From the NCBI GenBank assembly GCA_034667725.1, contig JAXDQS010000006.1, forward strand, positions 1-64,000: 64,000 bases of DNA. The letters are read 5' to 3'. The DNA comes from Thermoplasmata archaeon. Lineage in GTDB: Archaea > Thermoplasmatota > E2 > JACPAO01 > JAHFTW01. A model generated the notes under the pieces. It was not told the origin of the DNA. It searched no databases and was given only the letters and a program-made list of their open reading frames with translations. Shown in pieces: positions 9,529 through 18,568 of the stretch (positions within the stretch are counted from its first letter, which is position 1; each line of letters starts with the position of its first letter). Position numbers and translations under genes: made by a program.

Positions 9529-11085
9529 GTGCAGACCCAGGAGGCCGCCGCCAGCCGCGAGGCCCGCATCGCCGCCGACATCGCCCGCCTCCGCCTGGGC
9601 GGCCTCCAGAAGTACAAGGACAAGCTGGCCGACGACGGCAAGCTGTTCGTGCGCGACCGCTTGGAGCTGTACTTCCCCGGCGGCCTGGAGTTCGAGGACG
9701 GCCTGTTCGCGAACAACCGCAAGGCCGACGAGGGCCTGGCCGCGGACGGCATGGTGACGGGGGTCGGCAAGATGGAGGGCCGGCCGCTGTTCGTCATCGC
9801 CAACGACTACACCGTCAAGGCCGGCAGCATGGCGGAGCGCGGCGTCGAGAAGTTCATCCGCGTCCAGGAGCGCGCGCTACGCGCCAAGAAGCCGATCCTC
9901 TACCTCATCGACTCGTCCGGCGCGCGCATCACCGACCAGTCCGGCTTCTTCGCCAACAACCGCGGCATTGGGAAGTACTTCTACAACCACAGCATCCTGT
10001 CGGGCAAGATTCCCCAGGTGTCGGTGCTGTACGGGCCGTGCGTCGCAGGTGCTGCCTACACGCCGGTGTTCTGCGACTTCAGCATCATGGTGCGCGGCAT
10101 GAGCGCCCTGTGCATCGCGAGCCCCCGCATGGTCGAGATGGTGACGGGCGAGAAGATCGGGATGCAGGAGCTGGGCGGCGCCGACTTCCACATGGAGGTC
10201 TCCGGCTCGTGCCACATGGTGGTGGACTCGGAGGAGGAGGCCGCGCTGGCGGTCTGGCGCCTCATGAGCTACCTGCCCGACAACTGCGACCAACGCCCGC
10301 CCCGCTACGAGACGGCCGAGCCCGCCCGCAGCCCCTCGGAACTGGCCCGCATCGTCCCCGAGGACCCGAACAAGGCGTTCGACATGCACGACGCCATCGA
10401 CACCCTGGTGGACGCGGGCTCCTGGTTCGAAATCAAGGCCGGCCACGCCCAAGAACTCCTGACCGGCTTCGCCCGCGTCGGCGGCATGGTGGTCGGCCTC
10501 GTCGCCAACAACACCGCCGTGCGCGCCGGCGCCATCTTCCCCCAAAGCGCCGACAAGGCCGCCGAGTTCATCCTCGCCTGCGACGCCTACAACGTCCCCC
10601 TGCTGTACCTCAGCGACACGCCCGGCTTCATGGTCGGCAGCGAGGTCGAGGCGCAAGGCATCCTCAAGCGCGGCAAGAAGTTCATCTACGCCACCTCGAC
10701 GGCCACCGTGCCGAAGCTGTGCATCGTGGTCCGCAAGGCCTACGGCGCCGGCATCTACGCCATGTGCGGCCCCGCCTTCGAGCCCGACGCCACCCTCGCC
10801 CTCCCCGGCGCGGAGATCGCCGTCATGGGCGCCGAGGCCGCCGTGAACGCCGTGTTCGCCAACCACATCGCCAAGATCGCCGACCCGAAGGAGCGCGCCG
10901 CCTACGTCGAGCAGAAGCGCACCGAGTACAAGGCCGACATCGACATCCACGTCGTCGCGGACGACCTGATCGTGGACCACATCGTGCCGCCAGCAGAGCT
11001 GCGCCGCGAGGTCATCGCCCGGCTGGAAGCGTACCAGGACAAGCACCTGGCGCTGCCGAAGCGGGGGCATGGCACCGTGATCTAG
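9529..11085 (+). CDS. Acyl-CoA carboxylase carboxyltransferase (beta) subunit, MCC/PCC type
   Basis: GKLFVRDRL, ANDYTVKAGS, DSSGARI, GPCVAGAAY, DTPGFMVG, RKAYGAGIYAM. GTG start inferred. Confidence 0.93.
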   Translation: MQTQEAAASREARIAADIARLRLGGLQKYKDKLADDGKLFVRDRLELYFPGGLEFEDGLFANNRKADEGLAADGMVTGVGKMEGRPLFVIANDYTVKAGSMAERGVEKFIRVQERALRAKKPILYLIDSSGARITDQSGFFANNRGIGKYFYNHSILSGKIPQVSVLYGPCVAGAAYTPVFCDFSIMVRGMSALCIASPRMVEMVTGEKIGMQELGGADFHMEVSGSCHMVVDSEEEAALAVWRLMSYLPDNCDQRPPRYETAEPARSPSELARIVPEDPNKAFDMHDAIDTLVDAGSWFEIKAGHAQELLTGFARVGGMVVGLVANNTAVRAGAIFPQSADKAAEFILACDAYNVPLLYLSDTPGFMVGSEVEAQGILKRGKKFIYATSTATVPKLCIVVRKAYGAGIYAMCGPAFEPDATLALPGAEIAVMGAEAAVNAVFANHIAKIADPKERAAYVEQKRTEYKADIDIHVVADDLIVDHIVPPAELRREVIARLEAYQDKHLALPKRGHGTVI

Positions 11086-11089
11086 CGCG

Positions 11090-11242
11090 AATGGACGCCG
11101 TCCATCCGGATGCACGGGGGCTTCGCCCCCTGCGCCCCCCACGGCTAGGAGGCCGCGCCCTCGGCCCATGCGCTCCTGGCGTCGCGCAGGCGGGCGCCCT
11201 CGGTCCTGCGCGCTTGCGCGCACGGCGGCCTCCGGCTCGGCG
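11090..11242. repeat. Structured intergenic element with several hairpins between convergent genes
   Basis: Stems ATGGAC/GTCCAT, GGGGGC-TTC-GCCCCC, GGAGGCCGC/GCGGCCTCC, GCGCAGG/CCTGCGC. Confidence 0.55.
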
Positions 11243-13840
11243 CTACGCCTTCGGCTGCTTGCCCTTCTTCGGCCCGGAGGCGTTCTTGCCCTCGATGTCG
11301 GCGGCCGCGATGTCGCGCTTGGGCTGCGTCGTCCAGACGGACTCGTGCTCCATCTTGACCTCGAACTCGGTCTGGCCGGGGTTGGAGAGGTCGGCGGCGT
11401 CGCGCTCCTCGCGGTCGAGCTGCGTCTCGTAGGCCTCGGCGTCGGCGGCGCTGCGCATCTTGGGCAGCTCCTTGCGCTCCCAGGCCAGCTTGGCCTCGTA
11501 GGTGTCGACGTCGGCGGCGCTGCGCATCTTGGGCAGCTCGCGGCCTTCCTTGGCGATGCGGGCCTCGTAGGACTCGACGTCCGCCGCGGACTGGAGCTTG
11601 GGCATCTCGCGGTGGTCGCGGGACAGCTTGGCCTCGATGGCTTCGCCGTCGGTGACGTTGCGGAGCTTCGGCAGCGGCTTGGCCTCGGCGTCGCGCTTGG
11701 CGTGGATGGACTCGCCGTCGGTGACGTTGCGCAGCCTGGGCAGCGGCTTGGCCTCGGCGTCGCGGCGGGCCTCGATGGGCTCGGTGTCCGTGACGTTGCG
11801 CAGCCTGGGCAGCGGCTTGGCCTCGGCGTCGCGGCGGGCCTCGAGGGCGCCGTCGGTGACGTTGCGCAGCTTGGGCAGCGGCTTGGCTTCGGCGTCCTGG
11901 CGGGTCTCCAGGGCGTCGTCGGTGACGTTGCGCAGCTTGGGCAGCGGCTTGGCCTCGGCGTCCTGGCGCGTCTCCAGGGAGTCGTCGGAGACGTTGCGGA
12001 GCTTCGGCATCACCTTGTGCTCGGAGTCGCGGCGGGCCTCGACGGCCTCGTCGGTGACGTTGCGAAGCTTCGGGAGCGGCTTGGCCTCGGCGTCGCGGCG
12101 GGCCTCGACGGCCCCGTCGGTGACGTTGCGGAGCTTCGGCATCACCTTGTGCTCCGAGTCGCGGCGGGCCTCCAGGGCGCCGTCGGTGACGTTGCGCAGC
12201 TTCGGGAGGGGCTTGGCCTCGGCGTCCTGGCGCGCCTCGACGGTCTCGTCGGCGGCGTTGCGCATCTTGGGCAGCGCCTTCGGCTCGGCGTCGCGGCGGG
12301 CCTCGAAGGCCTGCTCGCCGAAGCGGATGCGGGGGGCGGCGCGGGACTCCTTGTCCTGGCGCGCCTCGACCTCGGTCTCCTGGATCTTGAGCTTGGGGGC
12401 GGAGCGGGTCTCGCGGTCGACGCGGGCCTCGAAGCTGGCCTCGCCGGGCGCGCGCAGCTTGGGCGCCTCGCGGGTCTCGCGGTCCTGGCGGGCCTCGAAC
12501 TTGGCCTCGCCGGGGGCGCGGAACTTGGGAGTGTCGCGGTGCTCGCGGTCGACGCGGGCCTCGATGGCGGAGTCGGCGGCGTTGCGCATCTTCGGGGCGT
12601 CGCGGGCCTCACGGTCGAGGCGGGTCTCGAAGTGCGCGCCGGCCAGGGCGGACAGGTTGGGGGCAGCGGGGCGCGACTCGGCGTCGCGCCTGACGGCGAC
12701 GGCCTCGTCGCCGGCGCCCTTCATCTTCGGGAGGGCCTTGGGTTCGGCGTCGCGCCGGGTCTCGACGGCCTCGTCGCCGGGGCTGCGCATGCGGGGCAGC
12801 TCGCGGCGCTCCTCGCGGCGCACCTGGGCGTGGCCCTTGGGGAGCGGGTTGGCGGCCGGCTTTGAGGCCTTGGTGGGCAGCTCCAGCGGGGTGGCGGCGC
12901 CCAAGACCTCGGCGACCTTGTCCATGGAGGACTTGGCCAGCTCGGAGCTCTGGGCGTCCGACTTGACGGCGAACTCGTCGGCGTCGGCCGGCGAGACGAT
13001 GCGGAACTCCTCCTTCTCGTCCTTCGACAGCTTGACCTCGAAGTCGTCGGTGTCGGCGGGGGAGCGGATCTTGCCTTGGCTGGCCTCGGCGGCGTCCTTG
13101 CGGACCTCGAAGCCGCCGGCGGCGGTCTTGCCGGTCCCGGTGGGGACGTGGTGGGGCTTGGGGGCGCGGATGTCCACCGTGCCGGCGTCGCCCGCGAGGG
13201 GCGCCGTGGGCTTGGCGCCGGGCTTCTGGACCTCGAAGTCGCCGGCGTCGAAGCCGGCGGCCTGGGCGGCGGTCTTGGCCTTCGGGGCCTTGACCTCGAA
13301 GGCGGCCTCGTCGACGTCCTCGTGCTGCACGCGGGCGGCACGGGGCTTCTGGACCTCGACGTCGCCCAGGCTCGCCAGCTTCGCGGCGGCGTCCTTGGCG
13401 GGCGTCGAGGAGTCCGGCACGTCCGGGCGGTCCACCGCGGCCGCCGCCATCGCCGCAAGGCGCTTGGCGGACAGGGCCGCGGGGGCTGCCGGCTTCGGGG
13501 CCGGGGCGGGCTCGGGCTCCGGCGCGGCGGGGAGGGTCACGGACTTGCCGTGCTTCTTCTCCTCGGCCTCGACGGCGGCGTCGATCTCGGCAAACAGCTC
13601 CTCGTCGGAGATGGTCTTGACGTTGGGCTTGGGGCCAGGGGCGGCGCCGCCGCCGGCGGCAAGGTTCACTTTCCCCGTCTTGGGGTCGTACTCCTTGCTG
13701 CCGGCGGAGCCGGACTTGGCCTCGTTGAAGGAGCGGACGGAAACGGCCGCGTCCTCTTCATCTGTGACCTTGGCGCTGAAGGCCGCCATGCGGGCCGCCC
13801 TCTGCTTTGCATCCTCGGAGGAGGGGGTGGGTTTGCTCAT
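11243..13840 (-). CDS. 865-aa charged, probably disordered cytoplasmic tandem-repeat protein
   Basis: No signal peptide or TM; ~22 repeats of 21-23 aa like ALEARRDAEAKPLPKLRNVTDG; ~8 upstream FEVKxP-like motifs. Confidence 0.85.
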   Translation of the reverse strand: MSKPTPSSEDAKQRAARMAAFSAKVTDEEDAAVSVRSFNEAKSGSAGSKEYDPKTGKVNLAAGGGAAPGPKPNVKTISDEELFAEIDAAVEAEEKKHGKSVTLPAAPEPEPAPAPKPAAPAALSAKRLAAMAAAAVDRPDVPDSSTPAKDAAAKLASLGDVEVQKPRAARVQHEDVDEAAFEVKAPKAKTAAQAAGFDAGDFEVQKPGAKPTAPLAGDAGTVDIRAPKPHHVPTGTGKTAAGGFEVRKDAAEASQGKIRSPADTDDFEVKLSKDEKEEFRIVSPADADEFAVKSDAQSSELAKSSMDKVAEVLGAATPLELPTKASKPAANPLPKGHAQVRREERRELPRMRSPGDEAVETRRDAEPKALPKMKGAGDEAVAVRRDAESRPAAPNLSALAGAHFETRLDREARDAPKMRNAADSAIEARVDREHRDTPKFRAPGEAKFEARQDRETREAPKLRAPGEASFEARVDRETRSAPKLKIQETEVEARQDKESRAAPRIRFGEQAFEARRDAEPKALPKMRNAADETVEARQDAEAKPLPKLRNVTDGALEARRDSEHKVMPKLRNVTDGAVEARRDAEAKPLPKLRNVTDEAVEARRDSEHKVMPKLRNVSDDSLETRQDAEAKPLPKLRNVTDDALETRQDAEAKPLPKLRNVTDGALEARRDAEAKPLPRLRNVTDTEPIEARRDAEAKPLPRLRNVTDGESIHAKRDAEAKPLPKLRNVTDGEAIEAKLSRDHREMPKLQSAADVESYEARIAKEGRELPKMRSAADVDTYEAKLAWERKELPKMRSAADAEAYETQLDREERDAADLSNPGQTEFEVKMEHESVWTTQPKRDIAAADIEGKNASGPKKGKQPKA
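11370..12830 (-). repeat. Coding tandem repeat, 63-69 nt unit, ~22 copies
   Basis: Recurrent + strand string GTCGGTGACGTTGCGCAGCTTGGGCAGCGGCTTGGCCTCGGCGTC; central copies are most conserved. Confidence 0.9.
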
Positions 13841-13866
13841 GACGATCGCCGCCTAGCCGGCGGCTC

Positions 13867-14940
13867 TCAGTTGGAGCCGCCCTTCTTGACCTTGGGGAGA
13901 GGCTGTTCGTCCTCGATGACGACGGTGCTGCCGCGCTTGGGCAGGCTGGCCGCCTTCGCGACCTTGGCCGCGGTGTCGGCGGGCGCCTTGCCGTTGCGGG
14001 CCGGGGCCGCGGGGGCCGCCGGGGCCGCGCGGGTCGCGGCGGCGGCCGGCTTGTTGCGGCCGGTCAGCGCGTTCCAGAAGCGGCGCCAGAAGCCGACCTT
14101 CGGGGTGTAGAGGGTCGGGTTGGCGGCCTTCTGCTTGCGGAAGGCGATGAGGGCGCGGGTGGACTCGTCGGCCCACTCGCCGGGGAGGGCGCCGCGCTTG
14201 TTGGGGCGGACGCCCGAGAGCTGGGCGACGCCTTCGTCGACCTGGGCGGCGTCCACCTGGACGACACGGGCCTTGCCGAGGCCGCCGATGACGGCGCCGG
14301 CGCCGAGGGAGTCGGGGATGTTGACCTTCATCGCGCTGGAGTTGGCGGAGGAGCCGACCAGCTCGACGCCGAACTTCTTCATGGCGTACTCGATGTCGCG
14401 CTCGACGACCCAGTCGGGGACCTCGTAGCCGGGGCCGTAGGCCTCGTCGTCGTCCTCGGACTCCTTGGTGGCGGTGCCCTGCAGGCGGCCGAGGTAGTAG
14501 CCGACGACGCTGGAGATGATGGCCGCGAGCATGAAGCCCAGGCCGATCACGAACAGGCCGACGTCGAGCCAGGCGTAGTCGGTCTTGCCGCCGCGGGCGC
14601 TCACGAAGATCTCGTTCGGGTAGTGGACCACGAACAGGATGGTCGCCATCAGGGTGGCGCTGAAGCCGGCCCAGGACGCGACCCGGAGGCCGGTCTTGGT
14701 GGGCAGGGCCACCGTGATGCCCAGGAAGAGGCTGGGCAGCGACAGGGCGCCGAGGGGCAGCGCGACGCGCCGCCAGGCAATCTGGTCGGTGGCCGGCTGG
14801 CCCAGCGAGATGAAGAAGAGAGTCAAGGCAGCGAGACCGAGGAGGACACCCAGGCCCAGCAGGAAGAATCCTGCTTGGAGCTGGCCCTTGGAGGTCTTGG
14901 TGCCGAACAAAGCGCTGTATCGGTTCTCAAGTTCTGACAT
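13867..14940 (-). CDS. Membrane protein: 4 N-terminal TM helices plus a cytoplasmic domain (possibly DUF7139-like)
   Basis: Four hydrophobic segments with FVVHYP, an acidic linker, and a basic amphipathic GFWRRFWNALTG segment. DUF7139 likeness is recalled, not verified. Confidence 0.75.
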   Translation of the reverse strand: MSELENRYSALFGTKTSKGQLQAGFFLLGLGVLLGLAALTLFFISLGQPATDQIAWRRVALPLGALSLPSLFLGITVALPTKTGLRVASWAGFSATLMATILFVVHYPNEIFVSARGGKTDYAWLDVGLFVIGLGFMLAAIISSVVGYYLGRLQGTATKESEDDDEAYGPGYEVPDWVVERDIEYAMKKFGVELVGSSANSSAMKVNIPDSLGAGAVIGGLGKARVVQVDAAQVDEGVAQLSGVRPNKRGALPGEWADESTRALIAFRKQKAANPTLYTPKVGFWRRFWNALTGRNKPAAAATRAAPAAPAAPARNGKAPADTAAKVAKAASLPKRGSTVVIEDEQPLPKVKKGGSN

Positions 14941-14979
14941 GGAGCGATCCTCGGTGAGGCGGGGGAAGGTAAGACCAAC

Positions 14980-15040
14980 CAGGGGGGCTGGGGGTGAGTG
15001 GGAAGGAAGGAGCGGGGAAGGGGAGAGGGAAGGAGGTGGA
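14980..15040 (-). terminator. Pyrimidine-rich tract downstream of the actin gene (possible terminator or attenuator)
   Basis: Minus strand reads CCTCCTTCCTCTCCCTTCCCCGCTCCTTCCTTCCC just after the stop. Confidence 0.4.
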
Positions 15041-15072
15041 GGCCCGCACGCGGCGGGGTTCAGCCTTGCGGC

Positions 15073-16095
15073 TTACTTCTTGCTGTCGACGGCGACGAGC
15101 TCCTCGAGGGTCTCGGCCTCCTCGGCGCGCGCGGCGACGAGGGTGCCCATGGCCACCGAGTAGAGCGGGCTGCGGGCCATCTTGACCTTCGAGATCTCGA
15201 AGGGCAGGTTGGCCTCGTAGATGCGGCGCTCGAACAGGTCCTTGAAGCCCTTGCACGAGGCCGTGCCGCCGGTGATGGCGACCGGGATCGTGAGGCCTTC
15301 CTCGACCTTCGCCTTCGCAAGCTCGCGCTTGAGGGTGCGGATGGCGTACTCGACGAGGTTGTCGTAGTAGATGGTCAGGGCGCTCTGGACCTCGCCGGAG
15401 GGGTTCTCCGGGTTGATCTCGAACTCGCGCTCCTTGATCGCGGTGACGCGGTCCTTGGAGTGGCCGGTGGCCTCAGCGACCTGCTGGTCGATCCAGTCGC
15501 CGCCGCGGGCGACCGCGGTGGTCATGACCGGGAGACCGTAGTGCGAGACGCACATGTTGGTCATGCCGGCGCCGAACGAGACGCCCAGGCCGGTGAACTG
15601 GTTGTCGGCCAGCTCGGAGTAGACGACGGCCATGCCCTCGTTGATCACGCGGGGGGTGTAGTCCAGCTTGCGCAGGATCGACTCGATGGTCTTCTGGTGG
15701 TACAGGACGTCCTGGTTGGGGGCGTCGACCGGGCGGGCCGGCGAGGTGTAGTAGAGAATCTCGCCAGACTCCTTCGGGGCGCCGACCAGGCGCTCGATGA
15801 TCAAGCGGATCATCGGGATGGCCGACTTCTCGTCGCGCGACAGGATGCCCTTCTGCATGGGGCGGCGGGTCGCGGTGTTGAAGATGTTCGCGAAGTTGAG
15901 GGCGTCCTCACCGACGATGAACACCTGGTTGTCCTTCTTGATGTACAGCACGTCGCTGCGGGCCAGCATCTTCTCGGCGACGTCGGAGTACTCAATCTCG
16001 ACGAAGGAGTTGCGCTGCTGCGTGAGCGTCGTCTTGTCACCGTGCCTCTCGGCGGCGATGATGTTCATCGTGCCGACGTCCAATCCCTTTGCCAT
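15073..16095 (-). CDS. volA: Actin-fold ATPase, volactin-like
   Basis: Phosphate-1 GLDVGT, connect-1 INEG, phosphate-2 SFGAGMT, RGGDWID, adenosine ITGGT. N-terminus MAKGLDVGTMNI...QQRNSFVEIEYSD matches my recollection of haloarchaeal volactin. GGAGG RBS at 16103-16107. Confidence 0.88.
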   Translation of the reverse strand: MAKGLDVGTMNIIAAERHGDKTTLTQQRNSFVEIEYSDVAEKMLARSDVLYIKKDNQVFIVGEDALNFANIFNTATRRPMQKGILSRDEKSAIPMIRLIIERLVGAPKESGEILYYTSPARPVDAPNQDVLYHQKTIESILRKLDYTPRVINEGMAVVYSELADNQFTGLGVSFGAGMTNMCVSHYGLPVMTTAVARGGDWIDQQVAEATGHSKDRVTAIKEREFEINPENPSGEVQSALTIYYDNLVEYAIRTLKRELAKAKVEEGLTIPVAITGGTASCKGFKDLFERRIYEANLPFEISKVKMARSPLYSVAMGTLVAARAEEAETLEELVAVDSKK

Positions 16096-16120
16096 GTGGT
16101 AGCCTCCAAATGTGGTAGCC
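16094..16120 (-). promoter_or_regulatory. 11-bp direct repeat GGCTACCACAT around the volA ribosome-binding site
   Basis: + strand ATGTGGTAGCC at 16094-16104 and 16110-16120. Confidence 0.45.
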
Positions 16121-16410
16121 CGGAATGGCCAGGTCGCGTCCAGAAGGACGTTTCCTGTCATCCGTGGTTGGAAGCGCCCAAGGATGGGACCTATTTACGG
16201 TTATGCCCCAGTGCTCGTTCCTCCTGGAAACGGGCCGTTTTGGCCCACACGGGAATCATGCACGGCGAGGATCGATTGCCGGCGGCCGTTTTTCGGCCTC
16301 GGCCGGCACCTCGGTTTCCCATGCAAAACCCTATGGCGACGCGCCGGCTCGCAAGGCATCGGGAGGGATGGGGGACGCGGATTGTCAAGAAGACCCTGAA
16401 GGGCGACCTG

Positions 16411-17400
16411 ATGGGCCGCACCGGGTTCAAGGAGGTCAAGCAGCCGCGCCGCAAGGCCGGCGACGAACCCGAGAAGGCCGCCGCGCCGACGCCTTCCTCT
16501 CCTGTTGCGGCGGCCCCCCCCAAGGCCACCGACGCCACCCGCCGCATCCTCGAGGCGCTGCGGGACGACGACGTCGTGGTGATCACCGAGCCGCTGCACC
16601 CGCGCCACGGCCGCGCCATCGTGCTCGACCGCGACCACCGTGAAATCTCCAGTGTCGCCCAGCAGGCGCCCAGCGGCACCGACGCGAACCTGGCCGGCGC
16701 CCCTTCGATTCCGCCGGTTCCGCCCATCCCGCCGCACGCGGCCCCGCCCAAGCCGACCGCGCCGCTTTCTTCTCCTCGCAAGAAAACAATCCAGGCAACC
16801 GCGCTCCAACAGGAGGCGGCGGCCCCCACCGCGCGCACGCTGCAGCAGGCCGAGGCCGCCCCCGCTCCCGGCGCCGCAAGGCGCGCCGCGGAGCTGGACG
16901 GCGGCGCCATCGCGCTGGCGCGCAGCGTCATCGCCGAGGCCGTGTACCGCGAGTTCGGCGCCGGCGGCTCCAAGGTCCAGCAGCCCAAAGGCATGAACTT
17001 CCTGCTGCACCCGCGCCGCCCCGCCGGGGTGGTGCGCACCCAGCACAACCTGATGCTGCCCCTTCCGTCGGGCATGGCCACCAGCCACCACGCCGACGTG
17101 GTCGTCGAGCTGGAGAACGGCGCCGTGCTGATGCTCGACGTCGTGCCCAGCAGCGTGTCGGTGACGGAGCTGAAGGCGCGCGCGTTCGACGCGCTGCAGC
17201 TGCGCCGCCTCGACCTGGCGTTCTCCATCCTGGTGTTCGTGCGCGCCCCAGGAGGGATGCCGCAGGAGCAGGCCGAGGCCCTCGGGCACGGCTACGACTT
17301 CCACTTCGGCATCGCGGAGGATCAGGTCCACTCGGAGCAGTCGTTCGCGGCGCTGCGGGCGCGAATCGGGTCCTGGCTCGACGCGAACGGGGCGAAGTAG
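16411..17400 (+). CDS. Pro/Ala-rich N-terminus plus a degenerate GxxExxY / PD-(D/E)XK-like C-terminal domain
   Basis: VYREFGAG..VRTQ..HHADVVVE..VLMLDV..FSILVF aligns by eye with the GxxExxY pattern VHRELGPG..VERQ..YRxDLLVE..VIVELK..GLLINF. Start uncertain (in-frame ATGs at 16321, 16333, 16411). Confidence 0.6.
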   Translation: MGRTGFKEVKQPRRKAGDEPEKAAAPTPSSPVAAAPPKATDATRRILEALRDDDVVVITEPLHPRHGRAIVLDRDHREISSVAQQAPSGTDANLAGAPSIPPVPPIPPHAAPPKPTAPLSSPRKKTIQATALQQEAAAPTARTLQQAEAAPAPGAARRAAELDGGAIALARSVIAEAVYREFGAGGSKVQQPKGMNFLLHPRRPAGVVRTQHNLMLPLPSGMATSHHADVVVELENGAVLMLDVVPSSVSVTELKARAFDALQLRRLDLAFSILVFVRAPGGMPQEQAEALGHGYDFHFGIAEDQVHSEQSFAALRARIGSWLDANGAK

Positions 17401-17427
17401 CTCCCGTCTGATTGGACAGCGCGCCTC

Positions 17428-17800
17428 CTGGACACAGATTCCACAGACGGTCTGTGGGGATCTTCCGAATCCGTGCGAATCAGTGCTCGTCGCGCGCCGC
17501 CGACTGGACACAGATTCCACAGATGGTCTCTGGACACACAGACTCCACAGACGGTCTGTGGGGATCTTCCCAATCTGAGAGCATCAGTGCTCGTCGCGGG
17601 CCGCCGACTGACACAGATTCCACAGAGCCCCTCTGGACGCAACACTCCACAGAGCGCCTTCTGGACGACGAACCCCATGGACGGTCTGTGGGAATCTTCC
17701 GAATCTGTGCGAATCAGTGCTCGTCGCGCGTTCCCTGGACACAGACTCCACAAGATGCTCTGTGGGAATCTTCCCAATCTGCGGGAACCAGTGCCCGTCG
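17428..17800 (+). repeat. Mosaic intergenic repeat array (A-B-A-A-B-A-A-A-B-A-B)
   Basis: A = CTGGACACAGATTCCACAGA (7 copies, some degenerate); B = TCTGTGGGAATCTTCCGAATCTGTGCGAATCAGTGCTCGTCGCG (4 copies). Confidence 0.92.
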
Positions 17801-17868
17801 ACGGACCCGTCGAAGCGAGGTTCCCAGCCCGAAAAACAAGGAGAAAGGAAGAGGAGGCGACGCTTTGC

Positions 17869-18465
17869 CTAGGCCTTGCGGCGGCGCAGCAGGAGGAGGC
17901 CTGCCAGGACGGCCACCAGCAGCATGGGCAGCTCGAAGCCCGGCACCGGCTCGTCGGCCTCGGTGGTGGTGTTGATGCCCCCGAGGGGGTAGAACTCGAC
18001 GTAGTAGTCCGCGGCGGCCGTGGTGGCCGGGGCGCCCTGGAAGACGGCGAGGCTGCAGGTCATGGCGGTCGCAGTGGCGGTGACGTTGACGGGGACCTCG
18101 GTCTCCTGGGCCACGACGCCGGCGTCGACCACGATGCTGGCGCTGAAGGGGTAGCTGGCGCCGCCGTTGGCGGTCTCGGTGGGGCCGACGGTGGCGGTGA
18201 AGGTGCGGGGCAGGACCTCGACGGTGGCGTTCTGGGCCTCGGCCGCGACGGTGATGGTGACGGTCTCGCTGCCGCCGGCGCAGGTGTTCTCGGCGACCTG
18301 GTAGGTGACCTGGATCTCCTGGGTGTGCTGGGTGCCGTTGGCGACGATGCGCTCGGGGGCGCCGGAGATGAGGAGGGTCGCGTTGCCCTCGAGGGGGACC
18401 TGGGCGGCCGCGGGGGCGACAAGCAGGAGGGCGACAAGCAGGAGAGGGAGGATCGGGCGCGTCAT
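17869..18465 (-). CDS. Small PGF-CTERM surface protein
   Basis: Signal peptide; C-terminal VPGFE-hydrophobic-RRRK. Confidence 0.88.
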   Translation of the reverse strand: MTRPILPLLLVALLLVAPAAAQVPLEGNATLLISGAPERIVANGTQHTQEIQVTYQVAENTCAGGSETVTITVAAEAQNATVEVLPRTFTATVGPTETANGGASYPFSASIVVDAGVVAQETEVPVNVTATATAMTCSLAVFQGAPATTAAADYYVEFYPLGGINTTTEADEPVPGFELPMLLVAVLAGLLLLRRRKA

Positions 18466-18568
18466 CTGGGGGTCACCGGCGGAGGCGCCGATTCGATGGT
18501 CCTAGATAAGTTGCCTGGAGGCCGTGGCGTAGGCAATTTTGATGGCGGCCACCCGCCTCGCCTGCGGC

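Noticed and set aside
7579-11085. 1168-aa ORF as one fusion protein; likewise 5223..7502, 14998..17400, 27591..30416, 45706..48345, 47184..49778
   Set aside because: The N-terminal parts are shadow frames of other genes in GC-rich DNA; only the C-terminal parts look real.
15073-16095. Plasmid ParM or bacterial MreB/FtsA
   Set aside because: Chromosomal housekeeping context, no parR/parC or mreCD, and the sequence looks closer to volactin.
17322-17975. ORFs running through the repeat arrays (MESVS.../TQIPQ... peptides), also near 25614, 35990 and 44298-44797
   Set aside because: Translations of non-coding repeats; they also falsely extend the MCO and ThiI N-termini.
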